Made by a program: the position numbers and the translations under genes. From Cenococcum geophilum (taxonomy: Eukaryota), in assembly GCA_050273025.1 (NCBI GenBank), contig CP158635.1, positions 3,906,001 to 3,970,000 on the forward strand: a stretch of 64,000 bases of DNA, given 5' to 3'. The first letter of the stretch is position 1, and each line of letters opens with the position of its first letter. Below are positions 51,895-64,000 of this stretch, in pieces. The notes beneath the pieces are model-generated. The model ran no database searches, was not told the origin of the DNA, and saw only the letters and a list, made by a program, of their open reading frames with translations.

Positions 51895-54800
51895 TATAAC
51901 GGAACCTTATAGCAAGAACTACGGTAGGTCCTATTGTTGGGCTAGGTGTATAGGAAATGCAAGTATAAAAGTCAACAACGTAATAATAACTGGTGGAGTG
52001 GTTGCCTAATAGATTAACTCTAATTATATTCTAAGAATCACTATAAGGAAGAAACTATCTAGGTAGGGCCTAAGGGTCCTTAAATATATAACCGTACTCC
52101 TATAAAATCCTTCTTATACGTAATATACGTATACTCTATCTACTCTATTATAGATTACTTAGATTACATAGATTATATAGATCACGTCACGTAACCTTAG
52201 TTACCATTTCTCGTCACATAGCTCTATCGGCTCCATCCTGGACCGTGCTTAAATTAACTAACTAGCTTCTTTCAACTCTTCCCTAAGTAGTTATAATATT
52301 ATACTTAAAGCGTCCGTAATACTATCTCCCTCCTTTTTATCTTCGTCTTTAAAGATTCCTAATATCTCTAAGTCGTTTACTAGAGGTGTAATGTCCATCT
52401 AATTAATTTAGTTAATATTATTGCTTATTATACCTAAAGTAATTTCTTCTTCCTTAACTACTCGTTGTATTCGTACTATCGCTATAATATTATCTCTTGG
52501 TGAGATTATACCGTCTCTATATTCTTGCTGTTTAAAAGAGGGGTTAGTTTATATTGCGTTAGTAAACCTATCTTCGCGATAACTATTTTCTTGCTTAAAG
52601 TGCACTAAAGCGAATATTTATTTGTCCTGTAACGTTCGCTCCGTCTTTAATACTAAATATACGCGACCTATTACTCTTAATAGTTATCTAGTTCCCTAAT
52701 TAATTTATCTTAGGGTCTTATATTTAATCTACTGCTGCGCGGCTAGATAATAAACTATTTGTTGCTCTTGCTAAATTATATTATTCTTAGGACGCTAAAC
52801 GGGAGGCTGCTGATACTTAGCAACGGGCCCTTAAGTCTTATCTTGCGGCGTCCGCTTAGTTAATCCGTCTTAAGAGGGTGCGTAAGAAGGTTCATTTTAA
52901 GAAGTGGAAACTTATAGAATAGGGGCTATAGGAACTTAGTAATAAAAGAACGGATTCTGCTCTAATAGAGAAGGAAATAGATCTAAGTAGTTTAGCAACT
53001 GCTCTTCTTAGGTCCCCCTTAGGTAACTTACTCTTTAGCGATCCTTCTTTATTAATACTGCTTAACCTAATCTCTTCTAATACTCCTATACCTTTCCTAT
53101 AACGTTCTTTAGATTTCTTAGTAGCTCCTAGGTAGTCTTAGTATAGCCTATCTACTTTACCTTATACTATATTTTATCGTTAATATCCTTATAATTAACG
53201 ATCTTTAAAACTTACCATTTGTCTTCTTCCTATCCTCTATATATATCTGCTTTATAGACTAGTGGCTTAATATTTCTATATACTAGCTCTAGTATTACAA
53301 CATACTATATAAGGTAGATCTTTATTTTAGCTAGTAGGTTTAACTTAAACGTAACTAATGAAATTCTTTACTTAATTTTAAAAGGTCCTAGTCTAATATA
53401 GTTTAACTTCTTACTTAGTCGTTAACTCTTAAAATTTTTATATAGTAGCCACACTTTATCTCCCTCCTTAAGATCTGGTCCCTTAGATCTCCTAGCATTA
53501 TAGTACTTTTTTATTTTTTTTTATACTCCTTTTGCTAATTCCTTAAGGTCTATATAAAGATTTATTAACGTCTTTATTCTTTCTTTAGCTGTACTACTTA
53601 TCTTCTTTACTTAACGTAGTAATAACGATATCCTTAGCTTATATCCGTAATTCGCCTTAAATAGTAATATGCCTATTCCTTCTTAAGGTGTTACATTATA
53701 TATAAACTGTATAACTAGTAATAATAATACCTAATTATTCTATGCGTAATTAATATAGTGTCTTAAATACTACTCTAATGTCTAATTTAGTCTTTCCATT
53801 TAACTATCTGTCTATAGATAATATACGGTAAAAGTTACTGCTCTAACTCTTTATTCCGCCAAAAATACCTCCTAAAATACTGCTATAAATCTTAGATCTC
53901 TATCCGATATAATCTTATTTAGTACTCCGTGTTTTATAAATACTTCCTTAATATAGATTCTAGCGATATCTTCTGCTAATATTTTTTCTATATATACTAT
54001 AAAGTATCCCCACTTTATAAGCTTGTCTACTATCACTAAGATTACATTATAATCTTATCTAATAATAGGGTTTTTTAACCTTGGCAACTTAATAATAAAG
54101 TCCTATAATATAACCTCCCATAGTCTCTCTGGTATTTTAATAGGTTGTAGCCCTCTATATAGCTTATGCCTTATTAGTTTATTCCTTTAGCAATCTAAAT
54201 ATTCCTTTATAACTTTTTACATTAAGCCCTAAATTCCGTTAATAATATACTCCTCTTAGAGTTCTAATACTAAGCCTATAGCCCCATTATATCCTTAAGT
54301 TATTCCCTTATAGAAGTCTTTTACAAATTACTCCGCTATACTCTTTAGGATATACATTACTTCTTAACTCTCGTATATATCTATTTATAGGTCTTCTAGT
54401 TATACTTCTAGAATTCTTTATATCTAAAAGCTTCCTAGTATTTTATAGACTCTATCTAACTCTTTTTAAGTTGCTATAATTTTTGGATAATTATACCTAA
54501 TTAATCCGTCTATATCTTTTCGCAGTAAAGCCCCTAATAGCTTTTTATTATTTTATAGTTCAGCCTTATAACTTAGAGCGTCTGCTCTTATATTATCTAT
54601 ACCCTTAGTATACTAAATCTTAAAATAGTATTCTATAAGTATATCTGCCTATCTAACCTGTTTTTAGTTAAGTTCCTTTATTATTAGGAATCCTATTAGG
54701 TTTTTATAATCCGTCTTAACTATAAATAGTTTCTCTATGCCTTATAAGAATGCTCTCTATTTCTTTAATACTATAACTATACCTAATAACTCCTTATTAT

Positions 54801-57800
54801 AGATGTTATAGTTTAACTCTAGTAGTGTTATCTTTTAACTATAGTATGCTACTAGGTGCTATTTATCCTAATATTTCTATATAAAGTACGCCCCTAGTAT
54901 ATAGTCTAATACATCTATTTCTATAACTGTCTCTAGTCCTGGTTAATAGATTTTAAAAACTAGCTCCTAGGTAAATAACTCTTTAACTTTCTTAAAGAGT
55001 TCCTACTATTTCTCTCCCTATACCTATAGTTCTTCTTTCTTTATTAACCGCGTAAATAGCTTAATATCCTTTAACTATTGCGCTATAAACCTTCTACAGT
55101 AATTATAAAACCCTAGAAACAATCTTAACTATATAATATTCTCTAGTTCTTACCAATTTACTATAGCCTTAATCTTCTTTAGATCTATACTAAGTTGGCC
55201 TAGTTTAATAATAAATCTAATGAAATTGGTCTTCCTGGTAAAGAACTCGCATTTCTTAATTACTACTAGTATCTATTCTTCTTGTAGTCTCTTTAAGACC
55301 TATTTAATATATTCCCTATATTCTTTCTTAGTTATTAAGTAGATAATAATATTATTAAGGTATACTATAATAAATTCATCTAAGTGTTCTCCTAATATAT
55401 TATTAATACGCTTTTAAAACGTTGCTAGTGCGTTTATAAGCCCAAATTGTATAACTAATGGTTTATATAGTCCTTCCTTTAACCTAAAGGCTGCCTTCTA
55501 TTTGTTGCCTTCCTTAATTCTAATCTAATGGTACGCCCATCTTAGATCTATCTTCGTAAAGATTTGCACGTTACCTATCCTATCTTAGATTTCGCTAATT
55601 AAGGGTAAAGGATACCTATCCTTTTTAGTAATGCTGTTTAACTGTCTATAGTTAATATATAGCCTTAGTTTACTATTCTTCTTTAGTATAAATAGTACTA
55701 GATAACCTACTAATAACTGCGATAGTCTGATGTATCCCTTTTATAGATTTTCTTAGATAAACTCCTTTAATACTCTACCTTCTTCTTTAGTAAGCTTATA
55801 GATTAGAAAGAACCTTAAACTTATTTCTAGTTCTAATTCTATCTTATAGTCCCATACTATATATTCTAATAGCTTTTTACTTTCTAGTAACTATAGTTTT
55901 TTGCCATACTTATAGTATCTCCTTAGTACGTAACTTAGTCCTTTTTCTATTTCTTTATAGGTTGCTCTTACTTAGTACTATACCAACTTGGCTTATTATC
56001 GCATCTTACGGCGTTAAGTATTCCTAATATTGACCTAACCTATAACCTAATTAATCCTTAAATTATATTCCTATAACTAAGGCATTTCTAATACTGCCTT
56101 ATTATTTCCTAATAGTAATATATTAAAAGATATCTTAATTTGTCTCCCTTTAATAGTTAACTAAATAGGTCCTGTTTTAAGATTAATAATCCCTCCTCTA
56201 TAGGTTATTAGATCTCCTAAAATTGTTATTAATAGGTAAGGGTACTCCTTTTTCCTATATGGTAACCCTATCCTTTTAACTGCTACTAGCGAGATGTAGT
56301 TCCTTATTGCTTTACTATTTATTAATACCTTAAACTGTTAATCCTACTATTTAATTTATAAATTTAGGTATTATCCTTAAATTCCTTTAAGGGTCTAAGG
56401 CTCTACTACTAGCTCCCTCTAGTTCTATAGGCCTTTACTTTTCCTAACTATTAGCTGCTTAATCCTATTTATACTTAGTCTAACTTAGGCTAATACTTAA
56501 TTCGCTTTTTATCTTTAATATACCATAGATATATATTCTCTAGGCATTCCTACCACTATTATCTATCTAGGCATTCTTCCATAAGGAATCTTTCTAGTTA
56601 AAGTATTAAGTCTTCTAACTCCTAGACTTCTACTAGATGCCAACTATATATATACTTAGCATTTCTATACTTTTGCTCTTTTATTAACTAATATATTCTT
56701 ATAGGGTATTTCCGGTGTTTATCCTTAGGTGCTTTATATATATTATACATATTATCCACGTATGCAATCTATAATAGCATATAGTGTACTTAGTATCTTA
56801 GGTTAACTCTTAGCTCGTCTTTATCCTTAAGTTTAAACCTTTCTTATATTAATCTAAACGTTACGACTTTATTCGCGGGTACTAAGATACGTCTTTTGCT
56901 TCTCTAGTCCTCTAACCGTTCCTCTAGATCTCTAAATATTATAATTAAGGCTCCTTTAATATAATTTATAGCCTTTTCCGTAATTAGGTGGTTTTAGATA
57001 ACTTTCTCGTCTAACTACATATAGAAATCTTCCTACTTGTCATTATATCTTTGCCTATACTACTTTTAGTACAGCTACTAGAGTGTATATAGCTTATCTA
57101 TAAGGAAGTATCTTCTTATTACTGCGTCGTGACAGCCTTTAGTATGTCGTTCTTTAAACCTAGTAGGAATTCCTAAATCCTCTTTATTTTCCAGTTCGGT
57201 AAGCCACTTAGCTCTTAGTGTGCCTATTCTCGGCCTATTAGTAATTCTTTATATGGGTGCTCGATCCCTTATACGTCCCAATGTACTAAATCTTTTATCC
57301 AGTTTCTGTTCTTACTATACGATAATTCTTTATCTAAATTCTTCCATGGTTTCTTTTAGCTTATATCTCGCGCTTAAATCCTTAAAGTCTTCCTACTTCT
57401 TAATCTTAGTATTAACTTTTTAATCTTCAGGCCAAACACTATATTCCCCTAGTAAGTCCTTTAGGTCTATATGTCTGTCTCCTAGTCTAGTTACTGTTTA
57501 TACTGCAGATTCTCTAATCTATAAAGAAGCTCCTAGCCTCTTACTTATGGGTGTCTTTATTCGCACTCCGAATTCTTAATCCTATAGATTCTTTAATCCT
57601 GAGCTTGCTTCTAACTTAAGCTTAGCTCCTGCCTTAGTCCAACTAGGCTTACTTAATATTCTCATCTCATCTTAAGAGTCTTAAATCTCACTTATCTCGT
57701 CTTAAGAATCTTATGTCCGTGGGAAACGCTGTCCTAAGCTCATTTATATGTTCTCAAACTAAGCTACTACTCTGCTCTATCGGTTTTCGTCCATTATAGG

Positions 57801-59850
57801 TTCTTAAGCTTACCTTATCTCGTCTTAAGAATCTTAGTCGTCTTAAGCCTTTGGCCTTTTGCCTTTATTAAGTGCTAAAGTAGTTCGCTGTCCTACTTCT
57901 CTTGCGTCTTATAAAGCGATAGACACCGTGTCTAGTAGGGTCTTAATCCCTACTAATGTTCCCTATTCTATAGTGGAATTATCCTCTACCTCTGTTATAA
58001 TATCTTAGAGGTCCGCATACTCCTAGTAAGCTGCTTTTATTGCCTTATTATTATAGAATGTTTCGCCTACGTTAAATTTATTGTCTTTAATATCCAATCT
58101 GCGAACTAGTTTATTAGTTCCTCTATACTCTATAGATTTTAGCTCCTATAGCTAATAGCTTACGCCATACTTAGCGTCTTTATAAATTTGGTATGCGTTA
58201 TTATAACAAAACGCAAAACTTCTAATTAAACACTCTTTTGTTCCTCGCAGTACACTATCGTCCCTCTATACGTATATGTCTCCTACTATTGGTCTAGTTC
58301 CCTTTATTATATAGTAACTCTAACCATCTTTATAATCCTTTATAAAGTAACTTTATTTTCCGCAATTTATATAAGCTCCCTCTTTAAACCATTAACTTTG
58401 CTGTGGAGTCCGCCTAAACGTCTTCTACTACTAAGATCCCTAGTTTAGCCTCTGCTCCTTAGTCCTATAATTACTAGATCCTTAATCTTTAGGTTTCTAT
58501 AGTTTCTTACTCTATTTCTTATAGGCTTCTCTAGTACTGCTTAGGTCCATTAGCTCTACGCCATACTATAGCTTCTAACTTAGCTTTAGTCGTCGCGTAC
58601 TCTGCGCCTTATATAACTATAAAACTCTATTCTAGCCTCTCTTAGCCTGTTCCCTTTAGTAGATCCAATTATTAATCTTAATTACTTAATCTATTAATTC
58701 CCTTAGGGTGTCCGCATCTTCTATTAGGATAATTACGTCCTAGACTTTAGCCTTAAGTCCTTACTTATATTGTGCTATAAGCGCCCTATTATTTTACTTA
58801 ACTTATATTGCTAACGTCTGGAACTGCGTTGTATACTTAATTGCTGAGGTTTATTATATAATGTCTTAGAGTTTTATTTCCGCCGTAGTTACTGCCTTTA
58901 AGTCTCTAAATATTTGTGTAAGTCGCTCTATAAATCTATTCTAGCTTAAGAATATAAACCGTACCTCTTAGTTTATAGTCGTCATTCCGTTTGCCTGGAT
59001 TTCTATAAGGTAAGGCTTAAACTACTTAAGTGCTCTTTCTATTAGGAACAATCCTACGTACGCTATTTAATCTATAGGTATTACTAGCTTTGCTCCTTCT
59101 TGCGCTACCTTAAAGTGCATTTGCGTAAGAAATCCCTTAAGCTTTAATCTTTCTCCTAAGTATCTCTTAATTAATAGTAACTTAACCTTTGCTGCGCCTA
59201 TCCCGTTAATCCTATTTTCTAATATTGCATTATTTTCTATTAACTGGTTAGCTATCTCTTATAACTATCCGACCGTTATAGGTTGCTATAAGTTAGTATC
59301 TGCTATACTAGTGTCGTTACCTAACCTTAATGTAGTTGCCGCCATCAATGGCGTTGTGGTGGCTGCTTTTGGTAGTATATTGTTTAACTTTCTATATTTA
59401 ATACTATAACTAGGTAGTAATTATATAACGGAACCTTGTAGTAAGAACTATAGTGGATTCTGTTATTAGGCTAGGTATATAGAAAATGTAAGTACAAAAG
59501 TTAACAACGTAATAATAACTGGTGGAGTAGTTGCCTAACAGATTAACTCTAATTATATTCTAAGAATTACTATAAGGAAGGAACTATCTAGGTAGGGACT
59601 GAGGGTCCTTAAATACATAACCGTACTCCTATAAAATCCTTCTTGTACGTAATATACGTGTGCTCTATCTGCTCTATTACGGATTACTTAGATTATACAG
59701 ATTATACAGATTACGTTACGTGACCTCGGTTACCATTCCTCGTCATATAGCTCTATCGGCTCTATCTTAGACCGTGCTTAAATCAACTAACTAGCTTCTT
59801 TCGACTCTTCCCTAAGTAGTCGTAATATCGTACTTAAAGCGTCCGTAATA
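51895..59850 (-). mobile_element. Full-length Ty3/Gypsy chromovirus H
   Basis: 427-bp LTRs 51895-52321 and 59424-59850; TSD tacct (51890-51894, 59851-59855); PPT aaaaaggagggag next to the left LTR. Confidence 0.95.
53080..59346 (-). pseudogene. Gypsy H gag-pol (long gag, protease, RT, RNase H, integrase, chromodomain)
   Basis: ATG about 59346; KLKGFLTQMHF; knuckle (C)INCGK.(GH)F..D(C) about 58335-58375; KDRYPLPLI; KIDLRWAYH; FIIVYL(DD)IIIY; GPFKI; chromodomain-like about 53100-53230. Confidence 0.87.
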
Positions 59851-62417
59851 TACCTAATAACGCATTATATTATACTCTTTTAAAACCTAACCTATATACG
59901 CAAACTCCTTTCTATAGTAAATAGCGACCTTCTTTTTATTACCCCTATCCCTTACCCTATCCTTAGTATACTAGCCTTATTCTTATATTAGGTATTACTA
60001 TCTAGCTTACTAGAAAATTATAGGTAGTATAAATAGCCGTAGTATAGTCTTAAATTTAACTAAGTTATTTAGCATTTACGCTAGAATAAGAGAGATCCCG
60101 GGTAATATAGTAGTTAAGGATATTAAAGGAACGTCGTTACTTAGGTATAGGCTATTAAAGCCTAAAGTTAGTAATAGAAATCTATTAAGGATAAAAAGCT
60201 TACTTTAACATAACTACCGCTTTTAGTATATATGCATTAATTATAAGGACTAAAGGTATTAGATTTAATATAGTTCGTCTTATTATAAGCCTTTAGAATC
60301 CTATTATTAGATTTCTAGTCTTTTAAAAATATATAGGCAAAATTATTTAGGTAGGACTAGTACTAGTTACGGGTTAGCGGAGGTTAGGGTTTTATATATA
60401 AAAGTAGGGCTAAAATACGCTCTAGAATTTACTTAAAAGCGTAGTTAGTAGGAGAATAAAGAGGTATATTAAATTATTAATAGAAAAGAAGAAAATCCTA
60501 GTAATATATTAAAGATATATCTAAAATTGGATAAAGGTTAGTAATGGGAAGTAAGGTATTAAGGAAAAGGATTAAGCTTAATAAGTAAAGTGTTTTTATA
60601 CTTTACCTTCTAATACCCTTTTAGTAAATAGCCATAACCTTGTCAATATAACTCTGTTATAATAGCGCTATTTTATAATAATAAAAAAGGAAATATACAT
60701 ATAAGCCATCTAGCTATTACTTTCTTATAAAAACTAATTACGCGGCTAGGAAAAGGCAATTAAGACATTAATTAAAGACGTATATAGGTTAAATAATACC
60801 TAAAAAATATTATAATATTAAAGAATAACGTTATAGACATTTTTAATAATCGTATAATAGCTATAAATACTATTACAAAGTGTCACTCCTATTTGCTAAG
60901 TAGTAGAGCTACGCTAAATATATAGTATAGAACTACTAGATTAAAAAGCACATATACTAAATCTTAAGAGGTAAGTCTCTTTAATTAACTAATTAATACC
61001 TTAACCGCATTTAATAGCCTAAGGGTAAATACGAGAATAATATATTAGTAACGTAGAGGATTATAAGAACCGATTATAGATTATATTTTAACAGTTAAAA
61101 AACAATAGTAAGTTAAGGCCCTATCCTATGCGCCGTTAAGGTGCTATGTAAATATGGCCCGTACGCGAACACTAAAACATTAACACGCGTCTCTACCAGA
61201 GTATCTCTCTGTAAAATACCACTCTGCATGCGAAGACCTTGCTAGAAAGAACATCTGGATTGTATTAGGTGACGACGGAGTCAATATATATTAATTTGGA
61301 GCTTTATTATCACTATATTGACGTAAAATTGCTTTATTAAATCTACAGCTTTATTTTGCTAAGGCGAGCCTTAATTTAGATAATCTAGTTAGTTTACTTA
61401 CTATAGCACCTTTATTAACGGCGTATGGGATACGTTAAGCTATATACTAAATAGTTTTATAGGACTATATTAGGAATACTAAATTGCCTATAATACTTAT
61501 AATTAATTATAGACTGGTATAAATGCTTAGATATAAAGTTATATAAAAATCCTTAAGTTAGCCTAAGTAGTTACTAGTAGGCTTCTAGTAGGCTTTTAAT
61601 AGGTTCCCGGCAATCCTTATATCTTTTCTCTAGTTACGTTTTTCCCTTATTAAGGTTTTTTAGGAGTTTAAAGTAGGGGTTAGATAGATAGATAATATAT
61701 AGTAATATACTAATATCTCTCTAAACCCCTTCTGGGATAATCCCTTATAATTTTCCTACTGTAAGGTAATAGCGATTATGGCTGGCTATAAAAAGGGGGG
61801 GGGCAATATAAGGGATATTATTGCGATTACCTTAGGTTGCCCTTAGGATAACCCCTTGTCTGAATTATCTCAGTTGACTTAGACCCTCGGAGAGAAAATC
61901 CACCTTACCTCCTGCAAACTCCTAAGCCAATAAGCGGCTGGCACCGCTACACCTAAACCAATTAGCGACTGGCGCCGCAGCTAATATACGCCGCAGGCGT
62001 TAGTGTTTGCGCTAGCTTTAGCAGCCAATTACAGAGCGCCGAGGTGGATTCCTCTTTAAGGGTCTGAGAGATTATGGGCGCGTTTTATAAGGGCTGTACA
62101 GCCTCACTAGTAGACGATAGTTATATCGCCTTTAACGTCGTACTTTAACCCCTAATATAGCGCTTGTCAGCTCGCCAATACCTCTATTTAAAAGCTTATC
62201 TTCTACTCTATATATTGCATTCGTAATAGAGCCCGACCGTGCCCCTAATACCCCTATAAACGTCCCTATAAACGTCCCTATAAACCTATATAAATGTATA
62301 CACGAACGCCTGCACGAACGCCTGCACGAACGCCTATATAAATCTCTGCTTAAAGCTCTATATAAAGCCGTTTACAAGGCCTTTAAAAACAAGCCTAAAT
62401 ATAAGGTCTATATAGGG

Positions 62418-62672
62418 AAGCTCTCTACTTAAAGCTCTGCTCCGCTCGAAGCTCTGCTTAAAGCTCTGCTTAAAGCTCTACTTAAAGCTCTACTCGAAGC
62501 TCTACACGAGGCTCTACTTAAAGCTCTATTAAAGCTCTACTCGAAGCTCTACACGACGCTCTGCTCGAAGCTCTACTTAAGGCTCTATACGGAGCTCTGC
62601 TTAAAAGCTCTGCTTAAAAGCTCTACGCGAGGCTCTACTTAAAGCTCTACTCGAAGCTTAATACGGAGCTCT
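62418..62672. repeat. 12-bp array gctcgaagctct in G
   Basis: Reverse complement of the E unit, more RIP-altered. Confidence 0.9.
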
Positions 62673-62894
62673 AAATCTCTCCTAATACGCAGCACTAATA
62701 TACTAGGAAGTCTCTATAATCGTATATACGAACGGCTTTATAAATGTCTATATAATTAATTAACCAAACGCCCGTATAAACGGCTTTATAAACGTCCATA
62801 TAATTAATTAATTAATTAGTCACCCACACGAACGCCCATACAAATATCTGCACGTCTATATATCTGCAATCTACACGTCTATATACCTACACAT

Positions 62895-63125
62895 GGCTCT
62901 GCATAAGGCTCTGCAAAAAGCTCTATACGAAGCTCTACACGAAGCTCTGCATAAAGCTCTATATAAAGCTCTGCACAAAGCTTTATACAAAGCTTTATAC
63001 AAAGCTCTGCACGAAGCTCTATACAAAGCTCTACACAAAGCTCTGTATAAAGCTCTATATAAAGCTCTGTATAAAGCTCTATACAAAACTTTACACGAAG
63101 CTCTACACGAGCCTCTACCTAAAGC
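62895..63125. repeat. 12-bp array gcacgaagctct in G
   Basis: Direct reading; explains the KALY/KALH ORFs. Confidence 0.9.
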
Positions 63126-64000
63126 TTCCCCCCTACTGTAAAGCAAATCCATACCTACTAGTATAGGTATAGTATAATTAGGTAAGCTGTTTGTAATAGG
63201 GTATAAGAGGTACCTTAGGAAGTTTTAGGGTGAATAGAGGTATGGTGGTGGAGTACGGTCGCTATGTTGACGAGGCTAGTAGGGCAGGACCGGGTTTAAA
63301 AACGCGTCTTTAAACTTTAAGGCTGTATCTCGCCCCCTAATATAGTAGTTAGCTAGTTACAATTATTACAATTAAATAAAAGAAGAGATTATAATTTAAA
63401 TGCATCGCGTACTAAGACCGTAGCTAGTATATTAACCCCATTATAGTTGCTTAAAGTTAGCATACGTTAAGAATTGGGCCCGGTTTACAGTAAACGCGCG
63501 CCTATAATCTCTCAGACGCTTCGCAGAGGAATTTGGGGGTTGCAGGGGGGCTAGGGATAGCGCGACGTTCTATTGGCTCAGGAGTTAGTGCGCGCCGCAG
63601 AGTGGGGCTGTGGCAAGAGAGTGGGCCCATGCAACGCCATAAATTCCTTAGAGAAGCGGCTGAGGCACCTGAGATAATATCTGAACGAGTTCGAATGTGA
63701 ATTTATGGTCGCAATCACGTGAGCTAAGCGAGCTCAGGAAACCCCTTAAATTCTACCTCTTCATATACGATTAGAAGAACAAGTCACCATCATCCAGAAG
63801 AGCATACGATACTATATGTATTTCGTGCCCCTGGATCTGACTCACTCGTGCCATTAACTTAGTACGAATACTGATCAGTGAGCGCGCACAGATCAGCAAT
63901 CACTCGATACCTCCCCCCGAGCGATCACGACAGCGACCACCCGTTTAGACTCCTAGTACGACCTGCTGGAAGGTCGGAAGTCGGGGATTACGGACTTATC

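Larger units (their letters stand above)
5528..61856 (+). mobile_element. Ty3/Gypsy chromovirus copy A1, the host of the nest. Pieces: 5528-8173, 8336-8955, 23706-26891, 46777-46818, 51556-51894, 59851-61856
   Basis: Joined pieces are collinear with inverted copy A2. 5' LTR 5528-5744; PPT aaaaaggggggggc about 61790-61803; 3' LTR starts 61807 and is cut at 61856. Confidence 0.9.
61865..63677. mobile_element. Non-autonomous TIR element G, a relative of E in the opposite orientation
   Basis: Ends ttatctcag / ctgagataa; 8-bp TSD tgtctgaa (61857-61864) / tatctgaa (63678-63685). Core 62677-62760 is the reverse complement of E 34555-34630. Confidence 0.8.
61857..64000 (+). mobile_element. 5' end of Copia-type element K (short LTR 61857-61864 plus 63678-63781, then leader), inserted in the A1 3' LTR; runs off the window
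   Basis: tgtctgaacgag...agaagaaca once G is removed. 63783-64000 matches the reverse complement of the J leader (4175-4398) with fewer RIP changes. Confidence 0.7.

Noticed and set aside
10475..57423. Other short I/L/Y-rich ORFs (10475, 12205, 25967, 33121, 37508, 40003, 42300, 57220)
   Set aside because: Antisense or off-frame readings inside degraded TEs; composition reflects the AT bias.
62871..63152. KALY/RALY ORFs
   Set aside because: Same 12-bp array artefact in G.
1..64000. Alternative genetic code with TAA/TAG read as Gln
   Set aside because: Paired repeats differ by C>T/G>A at these positions and in non-coding LTRs, which indicates RIP.

Overview
Gene-free, AT-rich fungal (ascomycete-type) heterochromatin made entirely of transposable elements degraded by repeat-induced point mutation (RIP; pervasive C>T/G>A changes, TpA excess, CAA/CAG/TGG codons turned into TAA/TAG). 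No intact host gene, RNA gene or CRISPR array is visible, and every ORF in the supplied track lies in a repeat. Terminal repeats and target-site duplications (TSDs) resolve the window as a deep nest. One Ty3/Gypsy chromovirus (A1, 5528 to beyond 61856) sits in a hAT-like relic. It has been split by a solo LTR, an inverted copy of its own family (A2, itself holding Copia B), Copia C, an Ngaro tyrosine-recombinase retroelement, Gypsy H and Copia K. Copia C holds Gypsy I and a non-autonomous LTR element D; D holds a non-autonomous TIR element E, which holds pogo/Fot1 element F. The most unusual observations are: (1) a non-coding TIR family (E, G) whose ends are split by end-specific fold-backs and whose body is 12-bp arrays; (2) a ~100-bp palindromic CCAAT module shared by unrelated retroelements; (3) relic accessory ORFs in retroelements (antisense Zn-cluster-like, tandem zinc fingers). 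All protein readings are by-eye translations with RIP changes reverted; no searches were run.
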